Below, one piece after another: positions 1-13,323 of a DNA stretch of 64,000 nt. The notes below the pieces were generated by a model. That model did not search any database, was not told the origin of the DNA, and saw nothing but the letters and a program-made list of their open reading frames with translations. Both the position numbers and the translations under genes were made by a program. The stretch is taken from the NCBI GenBank assembly GCA_028534125.1, contig CM052831.1, forward strand, positions 14,260,001 to 14,324,000, in the 5' to 3' direction. Position 1 is the first letter of the stretch, and each line of letters starts with the position of its first letter. The DNA is from Lama glama. Taxonomy: Eukaryota.

Positions 1-348
1 AGTTGTCACGATTTCCCTCAGTCCTCTCTGCCACTAGCTAGCAGTGCGCCTGGGCCAGCCGTGGGCAGTGTCCTCGAGCCTCCTGGGGTTGTCGTCTGGA
101 ATATGAGTGGAACTGTACCTTCCTCAGTACCGCAGTGAGGATGGAAGGAGAGGAGGGCTTGTTGTACCAGCGCTGCCGCCCTGCCTTGAAGGAGGGTTGA
201 CTGCTCTGTCATTGGATGGGGCTTAGACAAAGGAGCGGGACGAGATACGCAAGTGGTCCTACCATTCTCAATACTTTTGGTGTAGTTTTCTGGGGTAGAG
301 AAAAGATAAGAGAAGGTAAAAAGAAGTGCCTTGAGAGAAAACATGGCA

Positions 349-480
349 GGGGGAGGGTATAGCTCAGCGGTAGAGTGCATGCCTAGCATGCACAAGGTCC
401 TGGGTTCAATCCCCAGTACCTCCATTAAAGATAAATAAATTTTCTTAAAAAACCTAATTACCTCCCATACCCCCCAAAAG
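349..480 (+). mobile_element. tRNA-Ala-derived SINE (camelid Vic-1-like), full length
   Basis: GGGGAGGGTATAGCTCAGCGGTAGAGTGCATGCCTAGCATGCACAAGGTCCTGGGTTCAATCCCCAGTACCTCCA contains pol III A and B boxes and a tRNA-Ala(AGC)-like body. It continues into the AT-rich AACCTAATTACCTCCC tail shared with other copies in the window. Confidence 0.88.
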
Positions 481-2929
481 TGTGCAATCCAGTGGGTTTT
501 AGTATATTCACAATTAAATAGGAAAAGAAAAAATGTGGTTGAGATGTTCCTTCTTCTGGTCTGACATGATTCTCAGTAATAAACAGGACAGTGTTGTAGA
601 TTATTTATGAAGTGCAATTTTTCTAAGGTGGAGGACTCTTACAGATGATACCCTTCCTATTTTATTTTATTTTCTTCTGCTGAAATATCCCTTTACTAAT
701 GAGAAGGTGGTTGGCTGTTATTTATCTCCCCCTTTTTAATGTTCCTAGTTTGCAAAATAAGGAATTGGCACCTTGTGGTCAGGGGCTCAAATGGGTTGAG
801 TGGAACTCTGCTGGTCTGCGAAATCTGCAATGCAGGAATGACTGCTGTAGGGAACGAGGCTGTCAGGAGGCTGAGGAGAGAAGAGGAAAGGAGGGAAGAT
901 GCTTGGAAGGAGTGTGTGAGTGGGAGTCCAGAACCCAAACCACAGGAAGGGCAATGGGAACCGCCTCCTTTGTCTTACAGGTGCTTCCGCAGTCTCTTAA
1001 TTAAGGGAGAAGCTGAGTGTGAGGTCAAGGCCAGGGACGGAGCCATCACTTTCCTGTGTGTTGCCCTGAACATAATACAACACTTATTGGTCAGTCTCTT
1101 CCAGGAATTCTTTTGTCATGTATAAGTTATTGAGGTAACCCCAGAAAATGTTAAATCCAAAAGCAAGAGAAAAATCATGTGAGCTGTACACATTCATTGT
1201 GCATGGGGCACCCCAAAATATCCAAGGCTAATTTTTTTGCGTGTGAAAGCAGTCTCAGAAACTTTATGACAGCTTTGAAAAATCAATTTCCAGTGGGTTT
1301 GTTTGCATTAAGTTCTGCATCTGCATTGACCCTAAGCCTAAGTAAAGCCTCATTCAGTAAGAATAAAGAAAACCCCAAAAATCAGACAGGAGAGGGAGCA
1401 AAAGGATTCTGGCATTTGATCTCCATCATGAGAAACTCATTGAGTATCTTCTTCACTGTACATGCGGACTAGGGGAGCACGGATATCATTTCCAGTGTGA
1501 GTTTCTCTTCCTTATTCTTGCCTGCCATGGATGCAGTGTCCTTCTTCAAGGCAGTGCTCTGTTGTACATCTTGTTCCCAGCTAAAATGTGTCATCAAATG
1601 GCCTTGCAGTCCTTGGAATTTTCCCTGCATCTTCAATCTACTTGACCTGTAAAAGTTATTCCTCTAATTGAGATTCATCCTGAGTGGGCCAGTGTGTGTT
1701 TGGGGTGGGTGGGTGAAGCTGACCCCCCATATTCTGCCTTTAAACAAATCCAGCTGGCAACATGAGTACTGACTCCCTGAAACCTGAAATCTAACAGTTG
1801 AGCAAAGCATAAGCCTCTAGGACTTCTCATTGCTCTCTGGGGCAGCAATCATTAGAAGTTGACAAAGTCAAGGAAACAGCTTTGTTTCCCTCTGTAATTC
1901 ACATAATCACTTAGACCAGAGCGGATAGTGTTTCAGCACAAGGATTTTGAAGACATTTAATACCTCCGTGGGGGATGAATGGGGCTGCTCATCCTGTGTC
2001 CTTTGCTCTTTGGGAGAACATGACCCTTCAGTAAATGGCTCTGTAGGTCTGACTTGCAGACGCTTTGAATAATGCAGAGCTACTGGACTCCCAAGTCGGA
2101 TCACCTTGCCGTTGTTAACTGTGACCCGTGCTTTCCAAGGCTAATACGATTTTCTAAATTTAAGAGATCGGAGTAAAGTTTGATACGGTGCCAGGGGTGG
2201 CTTCCGTCGCAATTAAGCAGTTTGGTAATGAAGTTAATTGAAATGGCCAAATAATAGACGCCCTTACAGAGTAGACGGAGAAATTGCCCTCCTATTTGGC
2301 AAACGTACATTGTGACAGAAGAGTGATTGTCACACCAATGAGCCTGTTAAAACTGCTTAAGAGATTCGTGGATTTGGCTGAGGGAGAGACCCTGAAAGAA
2401 TCTGTTTTCATCAGTGTGTGTTTGCTTTCTGTCGGGAACGGTGAGGCATTTGGAGCTTTTTGACTAGTGTTGTCCTAGAAGTTGCTTTTCTAAGGAAAGG
2501 CGTCAAAAAGTGTCCTTAACTGAAAATCTATTTCAACTCTTAAAGAGTCCCTGAGAACACACTGATTTGCTGGGACCAGAATCTGCCGGGCTTGGGGTTG
2601 CTTGATGAGCCTCGAGTTAATTCTGTGACTTGAGCCTTTCCTGTCCGTTGTGATAAGGAATTTAGAACACAAGGGGGCACAGCGGAACCTTGCTCTCCTC
2701 GTGCAGGGAGGCAGCGGTGAGTTGAGCCGAGCCTGGCAGCTCACCAGTAAATCAAGGAACAGCCCAAGGACCACGGCTGTTAAGTAGTCACAGCAGTGAT
2801 GACAGTGATCAAAAGAAAGGCCATGCCACCTTCCCCTCTGCCTCATCAGCTCTTCCAGCAGCCCTCAAGACACAGACTCACTTCGTAAGTTCCCAACAGT
2901 CATGTCTTCCTTCCAAAGATGTTTATTGA

Positions 2930-3720
2930 ACTGGGGACCAGATACCGTTCAAGGCCTGGGAGACTAGCCCTAGTATAAGATATGAGGTCCCTGAAGTGGA
3001 GACAATAAACAAGCAAATGATAACAATAAACAATATAAACAGCAAACAAATAACGAGACATATTAATTTTAGAGAATCGCAGGGTCTATGAAAACAAACT
3101 GGGCCATGTGAATACAGTGCGACAAGAAGGGTCACTTCAGATCTGCTAATGGTCTGGATCCCCGAAGGGCTTCTCTGAAGAAGTGACATTTGAGGAGAGC
3201 CCTGGGTGATGAGAGGAAGCTGCCTGCACGTAGATCAGCAGGCACAGTGTTCCAGGCAGAGGGAACAGCCAGTGAAAATGCCGAGAGGAATGAAAGGAAT
3301 CAGCCCCCAAAGTGGAGAGTGCCAGCCTGGCTGGGGCCCGGGGTCAGGGGAAGAGAGGGAGGATTTAAAGAGACAGGCAAGGTCGGAGCGAGGGGGGCTT
3401 TGTAGGACACAGAAAAAGACTGTTGCACTGAAGCTGTTGGGAAGCCATGGAGACATGCAGTCAGTAGACCATATAATCTGATTTATCCTGTAGACAGATG
3501 TCTCTGGCCCCTCTGTGGACAGTGGATTAATGGGGATGAAGAATACAACAGAGACCAGTTTTTTGGCTCTTGGAGTCACCTAGGCAAGAAAAGGTGGTGG
3601 CAGTGGGGATGGACAGACATCATGGATGGATTCAGGCTACATTATGGAGATGTACACGGCGGGAAAGATAAAGAAGGACCTTGGATTTTAGAGGCTTGGT
3701 GTCCTCTAAGGATAAAATTT
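2930..3720. mobile_element. Degenerate ancient LINE-2 fragment
   Basis: Motifs resembling L2 consensus (gggcttctctgaagaagtgacatttgag; gtgttccaggcagagggaacagc; gggaagccatggag). Boundaries approximate. Confidence 0.5.
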
Positions 3721-5027
3721 GGGATACCTTTCTGGATCTCTTACTTGGCCCTGTGCCTAATTTATATTGCTGAAAATAAGCAGCCAGGATAAGAATCATC
3801 CTAAAAGTCAGTAATCCTGAAGTCAAGGACCTGGCATGTATTTTTTTTTTTAACCTAGAAACATCTCAGCACCAATTACAGTGATAGGTTTCCCTTTGGG
3901 GCCAGTGACTTTAAAATAAGGGCCCACACAGCATCCTGTTTTTCCACCCCAGAAAAAGAATCCTTGTCAGGTTTTTCTTTCAATGAGCTATTTTGAGCTA
4001 TTGTTTCATAATCCGCCCCTCCCCCCATACGTCCTCTGCAGCTCAAAGTCAAACTTGTAACTTTGGAGGCACTTCCTTGGAGACCTGTTGTCTCTCCTAT
4101 CCTGGGGAGACTTTGATGAACGGTTGGTAAGAAGAATGAGTGTAACCAGGGCGAACCCTTAAGCATTTGCACAAAAAGCAATTGACATTTGACATCGAGG
4201 TGGTAGGAAAGCCAGCCGGGGAGTCTTCCTCAGAGGTAGCAGCATTTATAGACTAAGGGGAGATCTTAGGCCCAAATACCCAAATTACAAACGTTTCCAA
4301 CCCACAGAGAGTTAGAGAGCTTTCCTGGAACCATTTGAAAAACTGGCTTAATTCACCCTTAAAAGGAGAACTTGGTGGGAACATTGTCTCGAGAAGGGAG
4401 GTCGGTCTCATTGTACCTCATGGCAAATTAGTGGACTTTTTAAGCTGACAGTTCTTTTTCTTTTTCCTCCTGGAGAGAAGATGCTGTAACTCACTCCATT
4501 TTGCTCTCTCCATTTTTTTCCCCACCCCCTATTTAAAAAAAAAAATCCTGTTATCGGGTACTGTCAGAATACATTTTCAAGCTAAAACACTTAGAAGCTT
4601 TCAAAAGTATTCCATAAGACTTGGTGTCCAGCCAACCTGTTAGTTGTGTGGCTTTAAAGACTTCATTGCCTTCAGATCAGCTACCCATCTTGTTTTATTT
4701 TAGCATGTGTAACTTTGGATGCTCAATGATTTCCATACTGTGATTTGGAGTAAACTGTCACAGACATCTTAAAAACTAGATTGACTATGCATAGACTCCC
4801 ATGCTACTTGTAGAAAGGAAACTCTCTCCCTAAATTCACATCACAATTATGGGTCCAAGATACCTGGATCCACTGACCTATGGACCGATAACCTTATAGT
4901 CCATGAAGCTGTATGCAAAATTTGCTGTGATTGCATTTTGCAAGTACAAACACTGGCATTTTAATCCCTTCCTAATGGCCTGTGATCCCAGATAGATGAA
5001 GCACCTTTGAATGAGACTGTGTAGTTA

Positions 5028-5200
5028 GTTCAGTGTTTAAAAGCTCAGGCTTGGCATTAGACCAAGTCTCCTGTCCGTTGCTCACCTGATCGTGTGACCT
5101 TGGCCATGTTATTTAACCATCAGTGTCTCAGTTTTCTCATCTGTAATAATAAGGATGATATTAGCACTTAGACAGCAGTTAGGAAGAATAAATGGGTGTC
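5028..5200 (+). mobile_element. MIR SINE fragment
   Basis: MIR core: tgtgaccttggccatgttatttaaccatcagtgtctcagttttctcatctgtaa. Confidence 0.75.
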
Positions 5201-7863
5201 AAAGACAAGCTCTCAGTTCCTGTGACTTTTGCCCTCAGCTCTTGCTTTTAAAAGACCCCCCTTTATATTTCTCTACTTTTTAACAAATGACAAGCTGAGT
5301 GTCTGACCCTTCAAGGTGTATTACGGAGTTTCGGAAGTCAACAACAGTAGGACTGTCTGTGTTATTTCAATGACACCTTTTCTGAAGTGAGCATTTATCT
5401 CTCAGGAATTGCATGATGACACTCCATCCATCTTACCTGGGTTTTTGAGCAGCCCAGTCACTCCAGGCCTTTCCTCACCTGTGCCAGTTCAGGGCTTATG
5501 ACTTGGAGGGGAAAGGCTCCGTAAACCATTAGCAATCACCAGCCTCGCAAGCCATTTATTTCTCTTCGGGACATATTTATTAAGCTATATGTACTGTGTA
5601 ATTGAACCCGACTTCTCCGTAGCTGTAAAGCTGTACCACTCTATTCTCAATCTTCTTAACACAATGCCAACTGACACCGCATTGGGAGCTACTTATTCTG
5701 TACTTCTGAAGTCCAACCTTCTCCTTAAATTATGATGGCCGTAATATTTCATAATAACCATTATGAGGTTCCCCAAAGGAAAGAATGTCTTCATCTTTTT
5801 GGAGACATTCAGTCTGAAGCTCCTCTTCTTGGCAGCTGGTATCATATTTGCATTGAAAAATTATACTGCAGGGTTGATAATGGTATTGGGCCAGAGGAAA
5901 GAGGAAACAAAAAATCAAACATGTCTAAATTAGAATCATTTTTCACTTTCTTTTATGGATACAACTTTGTGAAAGATTGTGTTTGTAAGGTCCTTCTGTG
6001 GAAATGTACTCTAGTGTAAACTTGGCCTTGAGTTTATGCTGGCAAACTAATTTAGTTTAGGAAAAAAAAAAACCTTAAAAGAAGGTCATCACCAGTATTC
6101 AATCAAGCATCATTTATTGCATGTTGCCCCCAATCCCAGGACTCTTCAGTGTCCCTTGTCCTTTCTGCCCCCTTCTTCACTTTGGCTAAGCTTTCTTTTC
6201 CCATGCTCTCAATAGCAATGGCGCACCCTTCCTTCATGGCCCTTAGCACTGACCATACTGAATTATAATTGTTGCTTTGCTTCTTTCTTTTTTAAGACAG
6301 ACTGTGAACTCATCCAGGTCAGGGCCGTGTCTGATTTACCTTTATCTCTTCAGTCATGCTTTGCTGGGCACATGGCAGGGCTCAGTAAGCTTGCATGGAT
6401 GGGTAGGCACCCTCCTCATGATTCAGGTCACGGCTCCGATACTCTCTCTTCAAGAAAGACGTGCTTGGCTACCAAGTATAAAGTGGCGGTGAATCCCAAG
6501 CACTGCCTGTTCCAGGATCCTGCTTCATTTTCATCACCAAAGTTATGACTCTGAAGTTATTTGCAAAGTTGTCTATTCTGTCTTCCAAAGAATGTGAGCG
6601 CTGTGAAAGCAGCCCTTTGGGAGTTCTGTTCACTGCTTTATTTCATTCCAGCTCTTGGCACATAGTAGGTCCTTACTTAGCCCAGTTTGCTTAAATGAGT
6701 GAGTGCGTTTTTCCTAATTTCCTTCCTGCCCTTGGTGGCAAAAAGTTAAGGCTGACTCCACCCACTTTTTTCACCTTCTGAACTGTCTTTATTAGCATTT
6801 CACTGGTAAGGTGAAGGCAGTTTAAATTTATTTCATGGCTTATATATTATGTATTAAAATAAACAAAAAACTAATGGACAGAGAATGGTACAGATGGCTT
6901 TTTTAAGAAAGGTTACTGGCCATTAATTGTTTAGAGCCACGAGTTTGCAGTCAAATAAATATCAATTCTTCAGTGCCGGGGCAATCACAGATTTTTCTCC
7001 CTGTTTTTCCTGCCCCCCTTCCCATCTTTACCTCATTGATCTCTCAGTATTTGAGCCATCATCATACTGCTCCCTCCTCCCCAGTAAAAGCATTCCCTGC
7101 TAGGTTCAGAATTTTTCATACTGCAGCATTTTTACTGATAAGTATTAGTGTTCTGGTGTGTTCCTGAACGCAGTATCTCTCCTCAGATTTCCTTTAGCTG
7201 TACCCTTTAGATCTGCTCAAGAAAGGGGAAGCAAGCCACTTTTCCCTTTCTCCTTAATCCTTCTCTTGGTCCCCTCTATTTGTAGATAAAATATTTTACA
7301 CATATTGTTCTTACTAGAGGCACAAACTGAGCTGAAGTGACCGTCACCCTGGGGATTGCTGCTAACACCATAGCCACGTGCTTGGACAAGGTTTAACCTG
7401 AGGGTTGTCGACCTCAATAGAATGGGTTTCTCAGAGTCCCCAGTCAAGGTTTCAGAGGCTGTATTGAATTTGTATGCCGTATTGAATCGTGTGCTTCTGT
7501 GCAACTCTGCTCGAGACAGGCTCTAACAGCTTTTTATCCCATTTTCAATCAAGGCCATGGCCCAGTAATTAAGTAGCACAGACACTTGAGTCGAAATGGC
7601 AGTTCACTGAGCCAAGAGAGAGCTAGAACGAACTCTGTTATTCTTTAGTCTAACACTGCACTATAGCCAGTAAGTCCATCCCATTGTCCAAGCATCCTCT
7701 GTATGGCTGCATTGTTCAATAATGCTCACCTGTGTGTGGTTATAGCTGGATTGTATGTAAAATCTTGGAAAATACCGAAAAGAAAAATATGAGTCACCTA
7801 TTCATCCTAGCATTCAGAAACAGTATTTTAATACATTTTCCTCTAGTCTTTGGGTGTATGATG

Positions 7864-7865
<2 letters not shown>

Positions 7866-7900
<35 letters not shown>
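7866..7900. repeat. (TG)17 microsatellite
   Basis: Perfect TG dinucleotide run read directly. Confidence 0.97.
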
Positions 7901-7903
<3 letters not shown>

Positions 7904-7959
7904 TGAGATACATACATCATACACATAGATCTATTTCTTAACAATGAATTTCTATTCTA

Positions 7960-8230
7960 TGGCAGTTTTTAATCAGTTTTTCTTGTCTTTTTCCCATGTC
8001 ACTAAATGTTCTTGTTTTTATAATCCATTTTTAACGGATTCATAATTTTTCATCTTACTGATATAACAATATGTTTACTCATTCCTCTGTTCTTGGAAGT
8101 TCTGATTGTTTTCACTTTGTCTCCTTTAAATAATGCTGTGTTGAGCATCTTTTTATATACATTTGTGTGAAACTCTCTGATTACTCCTTTAATACAAACT
8201 CGTAATGATGAGTTTCCTGGGTTAAAGTCT
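7960..8230 (-). mobile_element. Old L1M (L1MC/L1ME-like) 3' fragment
   Basis: Resembles antisense L1 3' region (taataatgctgtgttgagcatc...tttcctgggttaaag-type motifs). Approximate. Confidence 0.5.
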
Positions 8231-11200
8231 GCTCTAATTTTTGAGTCCTGCATTTAGGATTAGGCACTGATAGGTGCAGAATAAGAGAGAAGGCTAGTAG
8301 TGTGTGAGATGAAAATGTGCTTGAAGTAGTCTTACCCTCTGGAATCTAAGTCTAGCCCCATACCAAGTTCTCAGTCTCCCTCTTGGGGCTTTCAGTGGGC
8401 TCTGTGAACGCTCTCTCAATCTCTCTCTTTCTCTCTCTCTAAATATATGTATAAGTTCCCTGCTCCTTGCACATGGCATTACCTGATTGAGCAGCAGTCC
8501 ACTTGTTAATGCAGCGTTCTGCTGGGCAGGCCTCTAAAGAATCCCATGTGTCAGATGCCATGTGGATTAGCGAGTGATGGGTGTTTGAATGCTAAGGAAG
8601 AAACCAAATGTTTACATTAAAATGCTCCAATCTAGAGACCAAGTGCAAAGGGAAATGAATATCCCAGTGGGAAAAAAAAAAGGGAAATTGATGACATAGT
8701 ACTTTTTTTTTATTATTTGTAGATATACTTTGCATTTGACAGTGATTTTAGGATTCATCCCTTCAAAGCCCTTGGCACGATTTTTCTTGATTCTTTCAGC
8801 TGGTGAGGTTGGTTGACATTGTCCCTTCCTTTAAACCTGGAGGAAATTGGGTCCAAGGAAGTCCAATCTCTTTCCCAGCGTCTCAGGTTTTGTTCATCTC
8901 GGTGCCCCAGTGGCAGCGATTGGCTTCTGTTTGGCTTCCCCTGACAGCCCAGCTGAGCTATCTGGTATCTCTCCTTTTTCCATTAAGTCAGTAGGACAAA
9001 CACAAGTCTTAATCTCAACATGATGCTTAAAGAAACTCTTTATGTATATATTCATTTTGGGAAAAAGTAAGCAACTCTTGGAGGACGTAGAGGTCAGTGA
9101 TGGCTCTAGAGATTTAAAAGCACAATAAAATGTTCTGAAATTTGCTGCGTTTGTCTTACGTAAAGAGGCATTGTAGACTTCTGTTTATTGTGAAATCTGT
9201 ATGTATATGTGTTTGTATGTTCATTAATAAATGAAGCTTTTCTTGTTGCAGAAGATACTAAAATAGGTAATAAAGTTCCCCCATGATCCCATGAGCAGCA
9301 AAACACACAGTTTTGCTGTGTAACATTCTCGGCTTTGTTTCCAAATGCTTACGTGTTCTGTTGAATTTTTACTTTTTTCGTATAAACTTTTGTGTCCAAC
9401 CATTATAAAATTTTACCAAGAATAACATTTGCCATTTAGTTCTATGAGAACATGTTTAGTAGCTTAGTTTATGGCCTTGATATTTAAAAGGAAAGAGATT
9501 CCTCCTCTTCATGTTAATTGGTCTGATCCCAGCCACCAGCAGAGAAATTACCATTTGTTTTCTCCAGAGGGACACCTTTTTCATCAGGAACTTGAGAAAT
9601 TCAGGTCCCAAGCTGTTCTCACTTCTGTAGATCACACTTAGGCTCACACTTGGAAGGTGCACTTTCCCGTGAAAGTTTCCTGGGACCCCTTTGAAGTAGC
9701 ATTTGCCACCTTCCAGGCTTTCAGAGCAGATGGTTCTCTCCAGGGATTTCTTCCCCCAGTTCCCCTTCCTTGCCCTGAAGGGAGCAGGCTGTTTCTGCCC
9801 AGTATGCTCGTATGTAATCCATGATACAAGCTCTACAACACAAGCTTCCCGCTGCCACTTGGCACACACAGTGCGCATTTGTCCTGGGGAAGACCAGGGA
9901 CGTGCCGTCAGGTGTGGGATTGTGCTGTTCTCTGTCGCCCGTCCAGTGGGGATGGCCCGCAGTCCACCCTAGCCAGACGAGAGCCACCTCCTGTGATTTC
10001 TCAGTCTTGGAGAATTCTCCCAAACAGTGATCTCTTTGGAGTGGTTTCCGTTAGGTCTGCCCGGCTGTTTCCAGTCCATCTGAATAGCTTTGGCTGAAAT
10101 AAATTATAAATTGTCATCAGGAACTTGGTGCCAGCATTCATATTCATTAGATTTTAAGATTTAATGACTAGATGGGCCTAAAACAAATCTTTGACTTCTT
10201 CTTCTTCTTCTTCTTTTTTTTTTCATGTTGTCAAGTGGAGTCTCTTGGTTTCTGACTTTTTAAATACTAATCTGTGGCCACTTTTGGCTCCTGTCAATGG
10301 TGTGGCTTTTTTTTTAAAAAAGAAGGGTTTTTGGCACCTAGCCAGCAAAGAGGAACAGATTCCTCTTTAAATGAAAAGAAGCTGTTCTTCCTTGTTGTAA
10401 AATGCAGCTTGTCAGTTGAGCCTGGAACTTTTGGAATGTTCCATGGACGGCTGCTTCAGAGGAAACAGACTATAACTGGTTACCCCATAAGCTTTAGAAC
10501 AGTTTATTCTGTACAATTAAGGGAAGGGCCATTCATTAAGTAATGTTTATTTTTTAATTAGTATTTTCTGGCCTCGGCAAGATGCGAATGTGGTATTCTT
10601 GAAAAAACTCTAGATTGAGGCCAGAGTCTGTTCAAACGAGTCCATGCGATCCCTGCCCCTTCTTTCCCCACCGGAAATATTTCAATTACCTGTTTCATGT
10701 TGACAGTCATGGAAGGTGGATGTGTCTGAGCGTGCTGAACACCTGTCTGCTGTACCCGCCCATCTACCTCATCCTGTTCTCATTCATGGATACCATCCAT
10801 ACTGTTACCCATAGAGACAGCTCATGCCTTTTAACCTCTGCAGATGTCTAAGGGATGACCAACCTATGAAGTTTATTTAGAACTTAAAGTCATTGCCAGG
10901 TTCCCTTTATACCAATAGTACTGCGTTGAGAATCCTGTTACCTCTGTAACCTTTAAATGTGTGTGCAAGTGTTAACATTTTGATAGCAAATTTAAAACGC
11001 CCTTTATTGTATATATGAAAATCTTAAGCAATTGGAAATTTAAGATGATCAGAGTTTTATAAATGATTAACAGAGCGTGGATTGAAGTCATTTTCCTCCT
11101 AACAAGTTAGAGATTCTTTAAAAATTGTTGTATTGGAAGCCTAGGAGAAATCAAGATTAGTAAAAGCCCACTGCAGTGAAGTGTTACTCCAATTAACTAA

Positions 11201-11744
11201 GAAGTTCAGTCTGAATTAGAGAAAAATCTGTATTTAAAGATGGACTATTATCCCATGTTGAAATATACACAGTGACCCACCCTAATATAACTTGATAAAA
11301 TTCCTTAAGGGAATCACATTAATGAACAAATAAAGGTACCAAATACTTATTTTTAGGAAAAATGACACCTCTGAATTGCTCAACACAGTTAGTCTCGTCT
11401 CTAGACAGAATATTTCCCCTACAGTGTTTTTTTGCATTTTAACATGCTAGGCAAATGATTTGTCCTAGTTGGAGTAAGATAACCACAACGACTTCTTTTT
11501 TTCCTAAGTGGTGTAAATTAGCAAAGGAAGCTAAAAAAGGATTGACATTTGAGGGCCGAGGTAGGAGGCTTTTAAACATTTTGTCTGTTCAGTTATCACA
11601 ACCATCTTGTGCAAATGAGCCTGAATCTTTCCATTTCATAAACTGAGAAACTGAGGCACAGAAGGCTTCAGAACAACTCGATGAAGGTTGTCTATCGGAG
11701 TTCGCAAGACCTGAAAGTAATGATCCTCTTTCTGCTGTATCATA

Positions 11745-11900
11745 GTTGCCTTAAATGGGGTCCTCAGACCTTCTGCGTCAGAATCTCCTGAAATGTTCAT
11801 ACTGCAGATTCCTGGGATGCTCAGGGTGGGTCCTGGGATTCTGCATTGATGAGAAGCTGCCACCTTCTCCTTAGGCACTGTGAAGTCTAAGAGCCACTGT
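11745..11900. mobile_element. MER5-like hAT-Charlie DNA transposon fossil
   Basis: gtcagaatctcctg...tgcagattcctggg...gggattctgcatt...gagccactg pattern. Confidence 0.55.
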
Positions 11901-13291
11901 CCCAGATCGTGGTGACCTCCTTTTGGTGATGTGATGAGCTGTGCCGGAGGAGAGGACGAGTGGTCTCTGTCACACGTCTCTTGCAATCGGCACATTAGCA
12001 GTGCTCCTCTGGGTGGCTTCCCCTTCGTCACCCCACTCTGTTGCCTCCTGTTACTCACACTGAACTAAACACAGCTGCTGGTTTAACAAGTCACTTCCAA
12101 GTTGAAATCATCACACTACCCAGAGATCATTTCCTAAAAAAGGTTGAAATTTCCAGTGCAGAATCATCAGATCCCAATCCATCAGGTCCTGGATTGTGCC
12201 TACTATATGTGGAACCTGCTTTTGCATTCTTATGTTTGCTCAAACCAAAAATTAAAAAAAAAATGAGAAGGCAGCTTGCAGAAATGATTACTTTTAAAAC
12301 ACCGATAAATGTTTTTGTTTTCCTTTCCAGCCCTCCTTTGCTATGCTCCTTTGGTGGCCGATTTCCCATAAGTCTGCCCCTAATGGCTACAGACTTTTCT
12401 AGAAGTGAGATCAGCGGTCCCTTCCAGGTCTCATCCTCTCACCAAAGACAGGGTGTTGGGAGAGCCAGCTAGGTTCAAGGAGCACTTTTTTCCTCCTCTG
12501 CCTTTCACTGTCTCCATTATTCTCTTTTTTTCTCTCAGCTCTGTGAAATTTCTCTTTTTCACTCCCCAAGGACCTGCTTTTGAGGGGCGAGTCCCAGAAA
12601 ACTGAATAGGCGTGTGCTTGGATGAGTGACATGTGGAGAGGTGTGATTGTGATTTGGAGGGGGTCCTAGACCAACTTGGATCTATGTTCTGTGTTGGCAG
12701 AAGAGTGTCTCTCTGTTTTGGTGCTCAGCTCATCCAAATAAAGAAAGCATTTCCTCTCCTAAAAGGCAGAGGGGGAAAAAAAGAGAGAGAAAGAAAAGAC
12801 CAAAAAAAAAAAAAAGAAAAAGAAAAAAAAATAATCTTAACCATGTACTTCTCTGAAGCTAAATATACACCCCCTTCCTCTGTCGTGATTGGTCCGTTTC
12901 AATTGACAAGTAGATCGTANNNNNNNNNNNNNNNNNNNNNNNNNNNNNNNNNNNNNNNNNNNNNNNNNNNNNNNNNNNNNNNNNNNNNNNNNNNNNNNNN
13001 NNNNNNNNNNNNNNNNNNNNNNNNNNNNNNNNNNNNNNNNNNNNNNNNNNNNNNNNNNNNNNNNNNNNNNNNNNNNNNNNNNNNNNNNNNNNNNNNNNNN
13101 NNNNNNNNNNNNNNNNNNNNNNNNNNNNNNNNNNNNNNNNNNNNNNNNNNNNNNNNNNNNNNNNNNNNNNNNNNNNNNNNNNNNNNNNNNNNNNNNNNNN
13201 NNNNNNNNNNNNNNNNNNNNNNNNNNNNNNNNNNNNNNNNNNNNNNNNNNNGATTTCTTTCCCCCTTCCCTTCTTGTTGCATTTTTTCCAG

Positions 13292-13323
13292 GGCTGCCAG
13301 TTCCCAAGAAGAGCCCAAAGTCG
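13292..13323 (+). CDS. MAGI1: MAGI1 32-nt microexon, (G)LPVPKKSPKS, linker after PDZ2
   Basis: Pyrimidine tract and ttccAG acceptor (13290-13291); GG CTG CCA GTT CCC AAG AAG AGC CCA AAG TCG; donor GTAAGG at 13324. Phase 1 in, phase 0 out, which joins the next exon in frame. Matches recalled MAGI1 peptide GLPVPKKSPKSQPLERK. Confidence 0.93.

Noticed and set aside
349-424. tRNA-Ala gene (also 41107-41165, 43843-43928, 59967-60040)
   Set aside because: Acceptor stems are imperfect, the copies carry A-rich tails and in some cases TSDs, and they are dispersed. These are SINEs, not functional tRNAs.
12310-12371. Good-looking acceptor tttccAG at 12329-12330
   Set aside because: In the required phase 1 it hits TAA after ~13 codons, has no clear donor, and resembles no MAGI peptide I recognise
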